The notes under the pieces: model-generated
The model's input: only the letters and a program-made list of their open reading frames with translations
Database searches by the model: none
Told to the model about the DNA's origin: nothing
Part shown: piece after piece, positions 1 through 15,400 of the stretch
How the letters are laid out: each line of letters opens with the position of its first letter
How positions within the stretch are numbered: the stretch's first letter is position 1
From: Paraspadella gotoi
Taxonomy: Eukaryota > Animalia > Chaetognatha
Length of the DNA: 64,000 nucleotides
Assembly: GCA_051294375.1 (NCBI GenBank)
Contig: CM119269.1
Coordinates: 4,559,098-4,623,097 of the forward strand
Direction of reading: 5' to 3'
Program-made: the position numbers and the translations under genes

Positions 1-454
1 GTTAACTTTGAATTTAGACCTCATATGACTTGAGAGAGGCCGTAAATTAAATTTCGCACACTTTCTCTGTCTTTGTTTCTCTCCTAAAAGATAAAAAGTC
101 GGGGCATTTTTGATCGCTCTTCTCTGCAACCTTTCGTAAAATTTATAATCGTAAAATTGAATCTAATGTATCGATAAACCCGGGCCTCTTAGGATATTTG
201 AAGCAAAAATAACATTTTTTAAAAGCGAATCCACAAATGAGAATCAAAAACTAAGTGATGATAGTGTTTACCAGTAACTGAGTACCAGCTACTTAAAACT
301 AAAATATTGAAAGTTTTAATGATATTCATATGTATTATTTCACGTAAACCTTTATTTCTTTTAGTTCACTAAACCGGTGCAGAGAATTCGGACCAGAGAG
401 AAAATACTAATTGTTCCCCCTTTTTATCAATCTGCTTCTATGGATATTATTTGC

Positions 455-3400
455 CACTTTCAAATTACCTTCTTGGCGAAGGCGGTTTGACGCGTCTTGT
501 CGGATAGTTGAGATCCAGGTGCTCGTCGTCATCGTACTTTCCGGCGCGAGCGTCTCTTTTAACGTCGGCGAGGAATTTCTGGGCCTCTTCAACCGTCATC
601 TTCTCGTACTGGTTGATCGGGTTACTCCTCATTCCACCGCGCCATCCGCTGATGATCTGTTCCAGTTTGAGAGAGAGAAGTACAGGCGGCAACACCTGAG
701 GTGGGGGGAGAGGTTAGCGACCACAATTTTCACGAAAGAAAATCAGCTAAATAAGCCGATAAGAACGAACCTGATCTGCGTCCATTGGGACTCTCGGCCT
801 GAACTCGACAAAGGACTTCGAACCCTCGAATTCCACGTCCAAAGAGAATAGTTTCATGACCTGCGGTCCAAGGTTTTTCGCAAAGAATTCTAAAATTCTT
901 TCTTTGTAGAGCGGCCCGAGCGCTTCGTCAAAGCCTAGTACATATGATTAGTGATGAAGCGTGACAATTACTTACGTACGTTTGCCAAAATAAAATCAAT
1001 TTGAAACGTTGAAAATAAGCTGAGATTTTGTTTCTCTGAATTATTATGATTTAAATCATTTTCAAAAATCCAGCGTGATGATGACGAACATTAGCCGATT
1101 TTTTTTCTAAATTGGAAATTTAGGGCTGAAAAAAAACATTCTACAGGACGCTGTCGCAACACCAAGTTTAACTTCGAAAAAAAAAAAAAATTGTTTAAAA
1201 ATAGTGCTTTTGAAAAAAATTAAAAACCGACAATATGCACTGGCCAGTTAAAAGCTTCTAATAAATTAAGAACTGAAATCAGATTCGTATGTATATATGT
1301 ATAGCGTTAACTGTACACATTAACTATTGATAAATTAACAAATAACGACCATAAGTCATTCAATTCTTTTTGCCCCCCCCCTCCGCACCCCCGCTTTTTG
1401 CGTTTCGACTTGGCCTCAGATCGCAAAGATCGCACATCCCAAGAAATTAAAAAATCCGCCGTAATCACCTCTCAAGAAAACGGTGGTGCGAGGATCCCGA
1501 TTGCTCATTTCCTTTTGCCGGTGACGTAGACCGTCGCCACTCTCGTCGCCAGCGACGCGGACGAAGTAGTTTGGGTAAAAAGCGCCCGCGATGAGAAGCT
1601 TGAGGAAGAAGTCGCGCTTGCTCAGCGGATCCGACGATGTTGTCATGGAGATGGAAGTTGAGGCGTCCGAAGGGTGCAGGTTGAACCGATCGAGTCGACG
1701 CCAAACTTCTTGCACCTAAGGTCATGGGACAAATAAATTATTATAGAACAAATGATAACGGTTTTTCTAATAACATTTTTATACAGAAGCATCAATTAAA
1801 AATCGCTGGAATTGTGGCCATATATACATCACAACCTACCTGTTTGTCGACGTCCTTGAGCCGACGCACGTCAACACCGTTGTCTCGTTCCCATCGACGC
1901 TCGTAGCTCGGATCGTAGAAGCAGTTGTCCGTCGTCTTTTTTTTCCAACACTGGTAGGCGTTGAGGGAGGCGATAAGGTCGCTCTCGGTCTGGTTGCTCC
2001 AGTTTATTTGGAAGAAGAATGTCTGTGGGGGGGGGGAATAGGAAAGCAAAGGATCACTCGGTTTTTATCAATAATATCGTGAGTGTGAAAAAAAATCCTT
2101 CATTGTTCCCACCATTAGCTGTTTCCGGTAATCGAACTCTCGAAGGAAGATAGAATGTTGATTAAGAGTACAGGCCATGATGACGGCCTCGTAGAGAAAT
2201 CCGAAGACGTGACCCATGAGGATGAGTCGCGTCATGTGAACGTCGAGGGGAATCTGACAAAAAAAAAATTTCGAAAATAAAGGAAAAAAATTTTTTGTAC
2301 TCTTTTTATATTTGATCAACTACGTACATCCGCCATGACGAGTCCGGCGAAGGTTAAGTCTCCATCGAATGCGGGATCGAGGTCAGACTCGGTCAAGTCC
2401 GTCGCCTCGTAAGACTTGGCGCTCTTTTCGGGTTGAGACGTTAAGGCGTCCAGTTCCTTTAGCTCCACAACAGCTCGTTCGATGCTAAGTGAAGAAAAAA
2501 ATAAACTTAAAAATTTGTCGGCCAAAGTTTCAAATCGGCGATTAAACAAAACGATTAACTTTTTTTTGGTATCAACCGAAATGCGGGAAGCATCACTCAC
2601 CAAGTTTAATGCTGGCTGTGACCCGAAAAAAAGGAAAGCGAACGAAACACATTGATAGACTACTAATAAAACTTTGATTCTATTTTAATAAGGAAAATTA
2701 AGTCGAAATTCAAAATGGAATTTTTTTAAATTATTATATTTTATGATATTTATAAATGAAAAAAAAAGATTAACGTAAATAACGTTTCGCACCGTTCCAA
2801 GCCAGGATGATCCATCGCCAGACTGAGCAGCTTCTTCGGGGGATAAAGATTGAGCCGCTTGGCTTTGAGAACTAGTTGGCTCAAAGATGTTCGCTGCATC
2901 TCGGGAACCTCTTGCTCGTCCATGCACTCTTCGAAGAAGGCGCGGGAGACGAGTCGGTAACATATTCCCTTGTCCACGCGACCGGCTCGTCCTTAAGGGG
3001 GAGAAGGATAAACCTTAAGAAAATACTATTCAGTTTTCACTCGACTCTCTCACTCACCTCTTCGTTGGTCGGCGCTGGCTTTCGACGTCCACTCAACCTT
3101 GAGATGTTGCAAGTTGCTCTCGATGTCACAGTGAAGTCGCTTGGTCATGCAAAAGTCGACAACGTATTTAATGTCTGGGACGGTGATGGACGATTCCGCG
3201 ATGTTCGTCGACAAAATCACCTTTCTGTAAGGTCGCATTCAATTGCCTCATTTATGTAAAAATAATGCAAACATCTTAAACGGTCAAACCTAATTCCCTT
3301 TTCCGGTTTTTTAAAGATGGCCGATTGTCTGGAAAGAGTGATGGTAGAGTGAAGTTGAATGAGTTGGAATTTGGTGTTTTGAGTTTGACTCGTTTGGAGG

Positions 3401-5424
3401 TCGTCGTTGAAGGACTCGATCTCCGGCAGACCGGGAAGGAAGCAAAGGACCGAACCTTTGTTCCATTTGTCGCTCGCACGATTTCGCTCCTGATTCTGAA
3501 ATGAATTCTTCTCTAAAAAAGGATTCCCGATAACGCGATGAACAAACTTAAATGTATTCACTTACTCTTTCTTTCTCCTCTCTTTGATCGAGGGAGAGTA
3601 TGAGCCTTAGAGCGAGTTGACGCGTTTCCAGCGTCAATTTGGCGTCGTCCTTCATAGACTGCGGAAGGTGACAACCCAATTGACGGTGGAACTCCTCGGC
3701 GTAGTAGACGTTGACTTCGTGCGGCTTTCCACCCACGCTGGTCGGGGTGAAAGAATTCGAATTTGAACAAGAAAGATCACAAAAAGACTTGCTTTACTTC
3801 ACCGCTCTTACCTCAACAAAGAAGCTGGCTCCAAAATATTGGCTGTACGGCTCACGGGAAAACTGAAATAATCGCAAAAAATTCCAGTATCCATTGTGGC
3901 GGACATGAGGACGACGCGAACCTGCGACCATTTGGCAAATTAAGTAATGAGAATAGAGGCTCAACCTTCCGCCAGAACCCTTCTCTCCCACGGGTCTCCT
4001 TTTCCCCTTCTCAACGCCTCCTCATCCTCCTCCTCTCGTCGTCCCCTCCTCCTCATCCCCAAGTCACGGATCAGGGTCTTGGAAATCGGCATTACAACTT
4101 CTCCTCTCGGTCTCTATACCCATCTTCCCAGGTAATGTATTTGACTTTGTAATGATTCAGACGAAGCCGAATTCGATTAACTCAACATTTTCAATACCTG
4201 CTTGGATACAGCTTGGGTCTTGAGTAACTGCTTGATGACCAGCAAGCAAAAATCCATGTCAGCTTCGCGGTCATGAACCTCGTCGAGAATAATGTGAGAG
4301 TATGCTGAGAGATTTTTTTCAAGGATTAACTTTTGCAGCAAGATGCCGGTCGTGCAGTAGAGAATGCACGTGTCTTCAGATGCGACGCGTTCCAGCGACA
4401 CCTTAAAAAAGGGGACAAAACATGATAATTTCTCGCATATATATTTTTTTTTTATTTTGTGCTTGCAAAGAAACCTGGTATCCGCAAATTTTCCCAGGAA
4501 CCCAGTTTTGCTCGTCACAGACACGCCGACAAATACTCATGGCGGCGATTTTTCGCGGCTGAGTGACAATGATGTTAGGCAGACGACCTAAAAAAAAAAA
4601 AAAAACACGGTCGGGCATCTTTTTGTCTTGGAAGACTTTCTTTCCCCTTACACCCGAGGGTCAGACAAAAATCGAACCCACCTTTGGTACGCTGCCAGTG
4701 ATTGAGGATCATCAGAGGAACTCGTGTCGTTTTTCCGCTTCCGGTCTCGCCCTTGATGACGGTCACGGTCGATGCTTCTACCTCGTTCACGATTCTCTCC
4801 TCGTACTCGTCTATGGGAAGAGTTTGGGTGCGGTTTTCCCGCAAATTATCCAGATCGTAGGCGCGAGCGAGGGATTGGACCTGATCGATGAAAAAGGATG
4901 AGGCGAAATTTGGCGACTTCAGAACTAAAAAAGATCTAGTTTTGCCAACCTGTTGCGCGGTTCGGTACGGCTCCGTTCTCGGCCCCTGTGGGCGTTTCGA
5001 CGATAAGGTAGACATCGTTAAAGACTCGATGTCGTGGTCGCGAAAGGAACGCGAATTCGAAGTAGGATCTTCCTCCGTGACATCGCCGGCCACGCCCATC
5101 ATATCCTTAACCTCTTGCGCTTTGACTCGATCGCCGTAGGTGTCGTCGAAACGACGGATCGGCGGATTTTCGTTCGCTATTCGGAAACCGGCGCGACTGG
5201 GAAAAAACAACGGTTAAGACGAAAATTATTAAATACATACACCTAAGGATAAATCTTTCAATTTTCTACGAGAATTACTTCGGCTCCAGCGGCAATCCCG
5301 TGGAGCTGTCGACCACGGTGGACGGATCCTTTCGAATTGTCTTCAAATCATTCATGGGCGCTCCTAGGGTGAAGTAGGCCTTTATGTCGTCCAGGTCGAT
5401 CTCTCCCGCTAGGTAACGAGCCAT
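455..5424 (-). CDS. TDRD9: ATP-dependent DExH RNA helicase TDRD9/spindle-E (piRNA pathway); multi-exon, 3' end runs off the window
   Basis: ATG at 5424 (MARYLAGEIDLDDIKAYF). Spliced exons give helicase motifs GETGSGKTT, TQPRKIAA, IILDEVHDR, LMSAT, VLCFLPG, ILSTNIAESSITVPDIKYVVDFC and QRRG/RAGRV, then HA2-type PLDVHMTRLILMG, SDLIASLNAY and spn-E-type LIAGAFYPNYF. The last visible exon ends at a GT donor near 455. Confidence 0.88.
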
Positions 5425-5831
5425 CGCGTCTAACGAACTTCTCCTTTACGCTTTGATAAATTCTTTTCAGGAATTCAAGAGTTATCTAATTGCGTCGATT
5501 GAAGTTCATTTTTATTTTTTCGTGAGAGGTTGTGACACAGTCGGGCGTCGTGAGTTTAGGATTTTACATTTATGCGAAAGTTTTAACTTTGGAATGAAGC
5601 TGACAGATAAAAATAAGGGGAAAAAAAATATATATATATTTAATTATTCTATCACAATATGACTGCCAACAAATAACGTTGTTTATTTAGCGAAAGGAGA
5701 AAAGTTCACCAATTCAAGTACATATTACATAATCTAAAAAAATCAGACTTCAATTAGTTATATATTTGTTCTAAATATTTGTTCTCTAAAATTGTGATTA
5801 TGTACGTAATCGCCCGAGATGGAATGTTTAT

Positions 5832-7557
<1,726 letters not shown>

Positions 7558-8986
7558 TCAAAGTTTTAAAAGTGGGGGACGAAATTAATGAAAAAGTACA
7601 AACAAAAAACATTGAAAAGAAAAATGAAGTAATCGAAGGTTAAATCGCTTTCGAGCGAAACAATTTGCACACAAAATATGGTGACGATAATACTGAGAAG
7701 ATAAACATTACCCAAACTGTTTCTATAAAAGCGACTTTGAAACCAGAACTTAACAGTAAAAATCGCGGAACTACTGAATATACATTACGAATTTCGTCAT
7801 TAGCCAATTAGACAAATGGCAAGGTTCATTTTGAAACAACGGGGGAACAATACATCGCGTAAGAATAATAACTTGTAAGCATTAAGAAAGATGATACTAT
7901 TAATATCTAAATAATTGTAATTAGCAACAAAACATTAACTTAACAAAAATGGTAAAAAAAGGCATAATTAACCATAGAAACGATTGTGCTAAAAAAATTC
8001 AGAGAACTCATTTCACTAAGCGAACTGAACGCGGTTAATCTTCGCAGGTTGTTAACAAGATTATGCGAGTGAGGAAGTAAAACATTACTAAGAGGTTTAA
8101 AACAAAACTGAAACTGAACGACGGCCCCTAAAAATTCTAGGTAACTGCGAAGATTATTTTCCACGTCATAACCGAGTAGTCAAGCATTCAGAATGGTACC
8201 GCGATAACGTTTGTATAGCAGAATGTCGATACAATACGTTAAACAAGATTAGGTATGAAAATATAAAAGAATGCAACTTGCTTAAATAGAGACAAGGTTA
8301 CGGTCATGCTTCCAGAGCAATCGGCGCGCCTTAACAGGCGGCCACAACAAAATATGATCTGCGGTTAGTCAGGCAGTTGTTTTTTAATTCTTTTATAAAT
8401 AATATCAACGCGTATTGAGGTGTTAGGGTAGTTTTTTAACACTGCGAGGAAACGTTTCAGATAGGAGGGAGGGCCTGTGAAAAAAGGCAGTTCATTGACT
8501 TTTTTAACCCTACCACCTGGAGGCTAAGAAATGGGTAATAAACAACAGGGGACGGCGTATCGAGATTTTCGTTTTCAAGTCAGTATTAAAGGTTCGGTTG
8601 GAACGGAGAAATCTTTTTTCCAGTTACTCGAAACGAACAGGAGTCTTTGATTTGATTTATATGTCTATCGAAGTCGGTTCGCTGTCAAGCAATCCAGTTT
8701 TCTTTTTTAATATTTGAGTATCGAAAACTTGTTTGTTTTGTTTCATCGCCCGCGTTATTTCCTTTTGTTATCCAAAAAGTCAAATATCTTCGCGGAAAAG
8801 TTCGATCTGAGAATCCAGAGGAATATCGCGTCAACGAAAGACTAAAGGGGGAACGCGCACGCGCACGCGCGTGGAAGACTCATAGCCTCGGACGCGCGGA
8901 TGGACTAGATGTCGGATGGACGAACGAGGAGATAAGAGCGAAGAAAGAGAAAGTATGAAGTTTTCCTTTCTTTCCTTCGCCCAAAC

Positions 8987-9591
8987 TCAGAGAACGAGGA
9001 AGAGGACGAGAATGATAAGGAGGACGGCGACGAGAACGCCGATGGCGGTCCACTGACGCCGCTCCGACGTCATGTGGAGCACTTTTGCCACCTTCTTCAT
9101 GACGGAGTCGAGCTTGGAATCGGCGGTCTCCACTTCGGCGTTGAGGTCCTCCAGCATGATCGCCTGTTCGTCCAACTCCCGCGACATCGAAGAGGAGATG
9201 TTCTTCAGGATTCCGACCGACGACGAGATGTTCTCCATCGATTCTTCCTACGATGCAAAAGGGGGGGGGAATAGCTTTTCAGTTTTCTATTACCTTCTTT
9301 TTATGACCAAAACGTTTTTTCATGAAACCAGCAAACCCGAGTATAGTAAGCGAGACCAACTATTCTCGAACCTGTGAGTTCATCATCATCTGCTGTTGTT
9401 GATGAATATCGTCAAAGAGTCCGGCGCTGCGGCTGTACGCGACGCCACCGCCGTTGGCGGACGTCATGGAAATACCGCGCGGCATGACGTCGCTTCCGCT
9501 TTGCGCCAACGGGGCCTCCGTTTGATTCTCCAGCCTCACGTATTTGGACTGAGATTTTAGGGCGTTGGAGGCTCCGCCGCCGAGGAGCGGC
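8987..9591 (-). CDS. STX6: Syntaxin-6-like Qc-SNARE, 3' exons only (linker, SNARE domain, C-terminal TM)
   Basis: SSSVGILKNISSSMSRELDEQAIMLEDL...KLDSVMKKVAKVLHMTSERRQWTAI followed by a hydrophobic tail; upstream exon with SKYVRLEN and QQQQMMMN. No N-terminal Habc exons found. Confidence 0.88.
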
Positions 9592-9619
9592 TGTGGAGAG
9601 AAAAAATCATACCGTCTTA

Positions 9620-9811
9620 TCATACAATTGAAACATTCTTTGAAATATCATTCCACTTCATTGATAGGGATGCCAGGTACTCTGGGAGAGAATAAACGAG
9701 ACTGTGAGAAAGTCTTGATTGAAAGCTTGCAGGGACCTGCTATGTCATTATTTTGTAAGAGTGATGGAGGCCTTAAACCACCAAAGCCTGTCCAAAGTCA
9801 GGGGCAAGATA
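9620..9811 (+). repeat. Partial copy of the ~327-bp repeat family also at 49262-50006
   Basis: Close match to that unit: tcatacaattgaaacattctttgaaatat...gtcttgattgaaagcttgcag...gtgatggaggccttaaaccaccaaagcctgtccaaagtcaggggcaagatag. Confidence 0.93.
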
Positions 9812-10077
9812 GTGTGGCGAATCGTAAATTCGCCTCCCGTATAGCTTGGTGAAACTCATTGGCTTGGACAGTTAAGTATTCGTTCACCAACCGTGAGTTC
9901 CGGGTTAAATCCCCTCACGGTCACGCTGGTTAAATTGTGATGGTGTAGGCATAAACACGCCAGTGACATGGGGTGGTCACTGCCGGTTCAAATCCCTGAG
10001 CGCCAGCTGTCGGGAGATGCCTCATACCCCGGGGATGCCACGAGTTCGATCAAGACGCGGGGATTATTGAGACGCCC

Positions 10078-10110
<33 letters not shown>
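9812..10110 (+). mobile_element. Putative tRNA-derived SINE-like element ending in (GA)n
   Basis: A-box-like tggcttggacagttaag, B-box-like gggttaaatccc and ggttcaaatccc, and a (GA)n tail at 10081-10110. Confidence 0.4.
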
Positions 10111-10114
<4 letters not shown>

Positions 10115-10364
10115 AGCGCCCGCTATTTGAACTCGAGCCCAGCGAAAGGGGCTTGTCTTCAAAAATTAAAAAGAAAAATGGCAAAAAGAAAAAAAATAGA
10201 ATTTAAACAGTTAAAAAAAAAGGCTTCTAAGAGGTTAAACCGGATTTTTCTATATAAGGATGACGCTAGCGAGACAGAAATAGTCTCGGGCCGCCGCGAC
10301 ATTCTCGGGAATTAATTTGTTTACTATTAATTTAATATTTATAAAAATAGAGATCCTCGACTGA

Positions 10365-10567
10365 CCTTCGGGCGGACGCGACGCCGCGAAGGCAAGGGAC
10401 GTTTCCGGAGCACGCGGAGATGGTGGCCCTTGGTCGAGGCAGACGTCGAAACCTGTTGAGTGAAGTGGACGGCGGTTAAAGGCAGCATTTTTGTTGTTGT
10501 TTTCTTGGTCTATGAGAGATTTTGAATCCGCGGCGGAAGCGAAGGCGGATTTGGCGTTCTCATCCAT
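10365..10567 (-). CDS. Probable first coding exon of an unidentified gene (MDENAKSAFASAADSK...RPPE)
   Basis: GC-rich open frame from an ATG to a G|GTCAGT donor; no downstream in-phase exon found. Confidence 0.4.
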
Positions 10568-12449
10568 GACGTTCTCATCGCCGATTTAGGAATTGCGAGG
10601 AAAAGGACGTCAGAGGAGAAAGTGCGTCGGTATTTTTAGGGCCGAGGTTCTGGGTGAGGAAAGGAACTGCGAGTGCGAAACTGAGGAAATCAAAACAGAT
10701 AAGGAGCACTGACTGACAGGGCGAGTGGGCGAGTGGCCTTTCATTATTTTCGATATAAGAAAATATTGACTAGAGAACGTTCAAAGTCGGTAAATAATTG
10801 AATCACAATAAGGTGGTTAAATCCGAGGGAGTGGTCGGTGAGAATCGAAATTCAAGTCGAACGGAAAGAGATGTTCGTCGCCTGGTCGAATCGCAGGGGA
10901 GAGCAGGTGAAAATAACTTCCCCTCTTCCCGGAATTAAAAAATTAATCATTTCTCTCTCCAAATATATTACGGCTAAATTTTACTTCCTAATTTTTTTTT
11001 GTTTCTTCGTCCATTCGTTTTTCTATCCGACGGACGCGAGAACCTGGCGGAGGGCGACGGCCGAAAACGATGACGAATTCCGACGAAGATCCGCGCGAAA
11101 AAAAAAAGTGGCGATTCAAGTTTGCGAAAGAGTTCGGTCTTCCCCTTTCTGTCTCGTTATCTCTCTCTCTCTCGCTCGCTCGCATATAGAGAGATCGATG
11201 TAATAATGATTATCGCTCTCTCGATCTCGGGTCTTTTCCAACTTTATCGCGATCAGAGCGAGGGATTAAAAAAAAATCTACTAAAAACAAAACGATCCGA
11301 AGAGCGATTCGGACTTTCGCTCTTTTTTTTTAATATTTCCCGAATTTAAAAAAAAAAATCTTTTTTTTTAAAATTCGTCCGAGAGAAAAAAAAGGGAACA
11401 ATAATAAATTGAATTTAAAAACTTTTTCTCTCACTCGGGCCGACGAAGGGAAAACCTTTATCATGAATTTGATATGCAAAGGTTTAGCGAGGGTCTCTTT
11501 CTCTTCTTCCAGGAAGCTCGAGGTGTAGTTATTCATCGCGCACCGATTTCGGTTTTTATTCTCTCTCTCTCTGATTCTCTCCCGTCGCACTCATTCCTTA
11601 CTTCGGTGCGGATTTTCTACAAACTTGTGGAAACAACTCTTTCTCTGTCGTTGCTTTTTTTTAAATCACGAAACTGCCTAGAGGAATCACCTCTCTCCGC
11701 CCGAGGTTTTGTTGCGATGACGTCATCCTCTTATTTGAGAGCAAATCGCTGTCCTATTCCTAACCCGGTTATATTCGAAGGATCAATAGATACATAGTAC
11801 AAGTTGAAAACTGTGGTTTAACTTTCAACCCTTTGAGCAAAAGTTTCAAGAATACAACATTTATTTATTGCGCGGCTAATACACACGGAGCAACTCTGAG
11901 ACACTTGGTTGTCGGTCGGTCTGTCTGCCCCACTTACGTTTTAAAAGCTTACAACTGTTAATAATGCATCAATTAACTACGTAAAATTTTGTTTTGAAGA
12001 ATCTAATTTGCAGTAACTACATATTTAAATGTTATAATAAAGGAATTAAACCAAATTCAATATAATGTACATACATTTATTGACAAATTGAAATGTGACA
12101 ACAAATCCACAGTTATCTTGTATCGACATTGAAAATACCATGAGCTAGCGGAGGATGGTTTTCATTTATATGGAAAAAACTTTTGTTCAACAATTAACAA
12201 AAAAAAAAAAACTGCTCAAAATGCTAATCCTGTACAAGTTACCAACGAAGACAAAGGCAGTGAATGTTAAAAATTTAAACGGGAAAAGAGATTTAACACA
12301 ACTGAAAGAAAAGAGCAACTTGCAATTATAAGGTAAACTGAAAAAAAACTAATAAAATAGGAAAAGGGGGTTCTAAAGAACAACATAAGAGGAAAGAGAG
12401 ATACGATGTCAACGGCTTAAATTTGCTCATATCAAAGGAGAAGCGACGT

Positions 12450-15400
12450 CTACTGATAGGCCGGGTATCCCGCGTAGGCCGACTGATCGTATGGTTGATA
12501 GGCAGACACCGCGGGTTGTTGGTGATAACTGTGCAAACAAATTGGGATTTCGGCGTCGGGTCAGCAGTCTATACAGAAGGCTTCATATTATCAAATGAGG
12601 CGGTGCTTTTTTCTTCAAACGAAGCTTAATTATGGAAGATTTATCAATTTTAGTTCTCAAATCTTCTTTTTATACCTGATGCTACTAAAATTTAAAAAAA
12701 TAAAAAATAAGTTTGGTGAGAACAGATTTTGGTCACAAAAAAACACCCAACTCTAATTTATAATATGAAGCCTTCTGTATACACTTTTTTATAAGGAATC
12801 GCCAACCATTGTCATCGCGGGAAAAAAAAGCCCTCATTTGCAACAACGAACCCGTTGGTAGCAGGTTGCGCCGCCGCCGCCGCAGCCGCCTGAAGCGGTT
12901 GGCCGTAAGCGTCGTAACCGGTGGAGGCGACGGGCGTCGGGGCGTGGGACTGGGGGGGCGCGGCTGCCACTTGAGGATGGGCGTAGCCTAGGGCAAAATG
13001 AGAACAGAGTTAAAGCGAACAAGGAAAACATGGATTCCAGGCTGGAAGAATTACCCATTACCCATCATTTAAACTTCTTACCGGCATACGCGGAATAATC
13101 GTACTGCGGGGGAGCAGCGGCGGGGACAGCAGCCGCTGGCGCCGGTTGCGCCGCCACCGTTTGAATCGCCGCCGGTTGTGCCGCAACTTGTTGATGTTGA
13201 CTGCGAGGAAAAAAAAACAAAGTTGATTCACTTAAAATTTTTTTTTTCGAGAAAAACTAGAGCACGGCAAAATACTTTAGTCTAACTGAAACGCTGAACA
13301 CGCATGGCAATGATTTTTTAAAAAGTAGGTCTTATTGCGTTAAAAAGCTTGTTTGGAAAAAAACTAGAAACTTTAAAATTCATTAGTTGGATGGAAAAAA
13401 AATGAAAAAGATTAAAACCAGTTTGGCCACATCAATCATATGATCATAATTTAATTGCAAACCTAATGTTATGAGCGGGAGTAACGAAAATGTATATTAC
13501 GAGCTGGGAATAAAATAGATAATTTACAGGGTTAATAATAGTCAATTTAAAACAAAAAAGTCACGGTACCGCATAAAGATGATAGATCTCATCCTATTTA
13601 ACAACACTTCAAAAACACTTTCTCTTACAAAAATAAAATATTATCCCAAAAGACTATAATCTCGCCATTTTTAAAAGCATTGTTCTAAGTATATAAAACT
13701 ATTTTAAAGTGAAACAGGGATACTGAGATAAAAAATAAAACCATTACGTAATATACATTACATTATATTATATAATTCATTCTGGCAAACAAAAAAAAAA
13801 CGCTTTTGAAACATTTTTTAATGTATGCCTTCAGTAGTTATAAAATGTTTAGTAAATCAAAAGAGAGATAAACAGAAGTACTATAACATTTATAATCATA
13901 AAAAAATTATAAATTTTAAAATAAAAAATCTTAAGAGCATAAGGATCGTCGCAATCGCATAGAAAAAATCTGAAAGTTTGATACTCAATCAAATTTGATA
14001 CAAGCAAACTAAGATTTATACATAACAAACATGGCTTAATATAAAATAAATAAATATATAACTAAAAAAAATAGAAAAATAGGAAAAAATGAGGGAAAGA
14101 AAAAAGCGAAAAAAAACCCCCAGTTTTTCGATGGTAAAATGATAACATGGGCGACTGCAATGCTTAACATAAAAAAAAAAAAAAAACAAAGAGAGAGAGA
14201 GAAAGAGAAGAGAAGAGGCAGCAACTTAGAAAAAGAAATAAATATTTTTTTCCTATACTATGAACTAATTTGCATATTAACAAAAATTTTGTTTCTAAAA
14301 TTTAAACAAATAACATTTGGTGTATGACCGCTTTAGTTTTAAAAGACCTTGATGATATGTTGCTAAATTTTCAACTTCATACAAATACTAGAAAATCCTA
14401 ATTCTTTCTTCCATTTAATATATGGGCTCAATATTCAGAAAAAAATCTTAAGAAACAAAATGACTGAAAAACTTCTTTTTTTAACTTACATGCTTGTTTG
14501 TATTAAACTATATAAAATTCTAGAACATTTTTTCATTTTTTTTTATTATGCTTATGCATATACTATTTTATAATTATTAATCAACGGAAAGAAATATTTA
14601 GCTTTTTAAAATAAACTTTCTGTTGTTAATATGAATTTCGTGTCAGTTTTTGGATAAACAAAATTTGAAAATTATTAGCAGTGACAAAAAACTAAGGCGA
14701 GTCAATATTTTACCCAAAGCTTCCTCCATCTTGCAAAAAGCAATCGTTTAAAAACCAGACTGCACTTTCAAAAATATTCAAATACCGATAAACTAATAAA
14801 TTCTATCGTCGAAAAGCCCCGAGCCCGGAGAGACGCGGCCGGGGGCGGGAACTCGAGGGGCCCCTTGGCCCGGCCCCGAGCTCGACGACGATCTGCGCGA
14901 AAAGTTTGAGGCTCATCTCATAACTTATCACCGATTACGTAAAAGAAGCTACAAGTATTAAGTATTTTTAAGTCAAGGATAATTTTAAACATGGCTTAAA
15001 AGACGAATTAATCCAATGTGCGAGAAGGATTTAAATTCTATTTTTAAAAAAAGAATTAGCCAATAACCAGACGACCTATTACCAAAGCCCACCATTTAAG
15101 AGAATTAAAATGGTTAAATAGTTTCTTAAATTTATATTCATATTTCTTGACCAATTTTTTACTATACTCCAAAAGTATATCCCAGAATATTTTTGTATGA
15201 AAAAAACGGATATTTTATACTCTCAAAAAGAAATAAAAATGTCGACAAAAACTATTAAAATTTAATCAAAAGACTTATTAAAAAAAACAAAAGCCCAGTC
15301 GGAACAACAGAAAATCTAAAGCGATCGTTCTTGATCAAATTTTATCAATTTACTATATTATAAGTCAAGCGCTTAATTTTTAAATAAATTCTAAAGTCAA

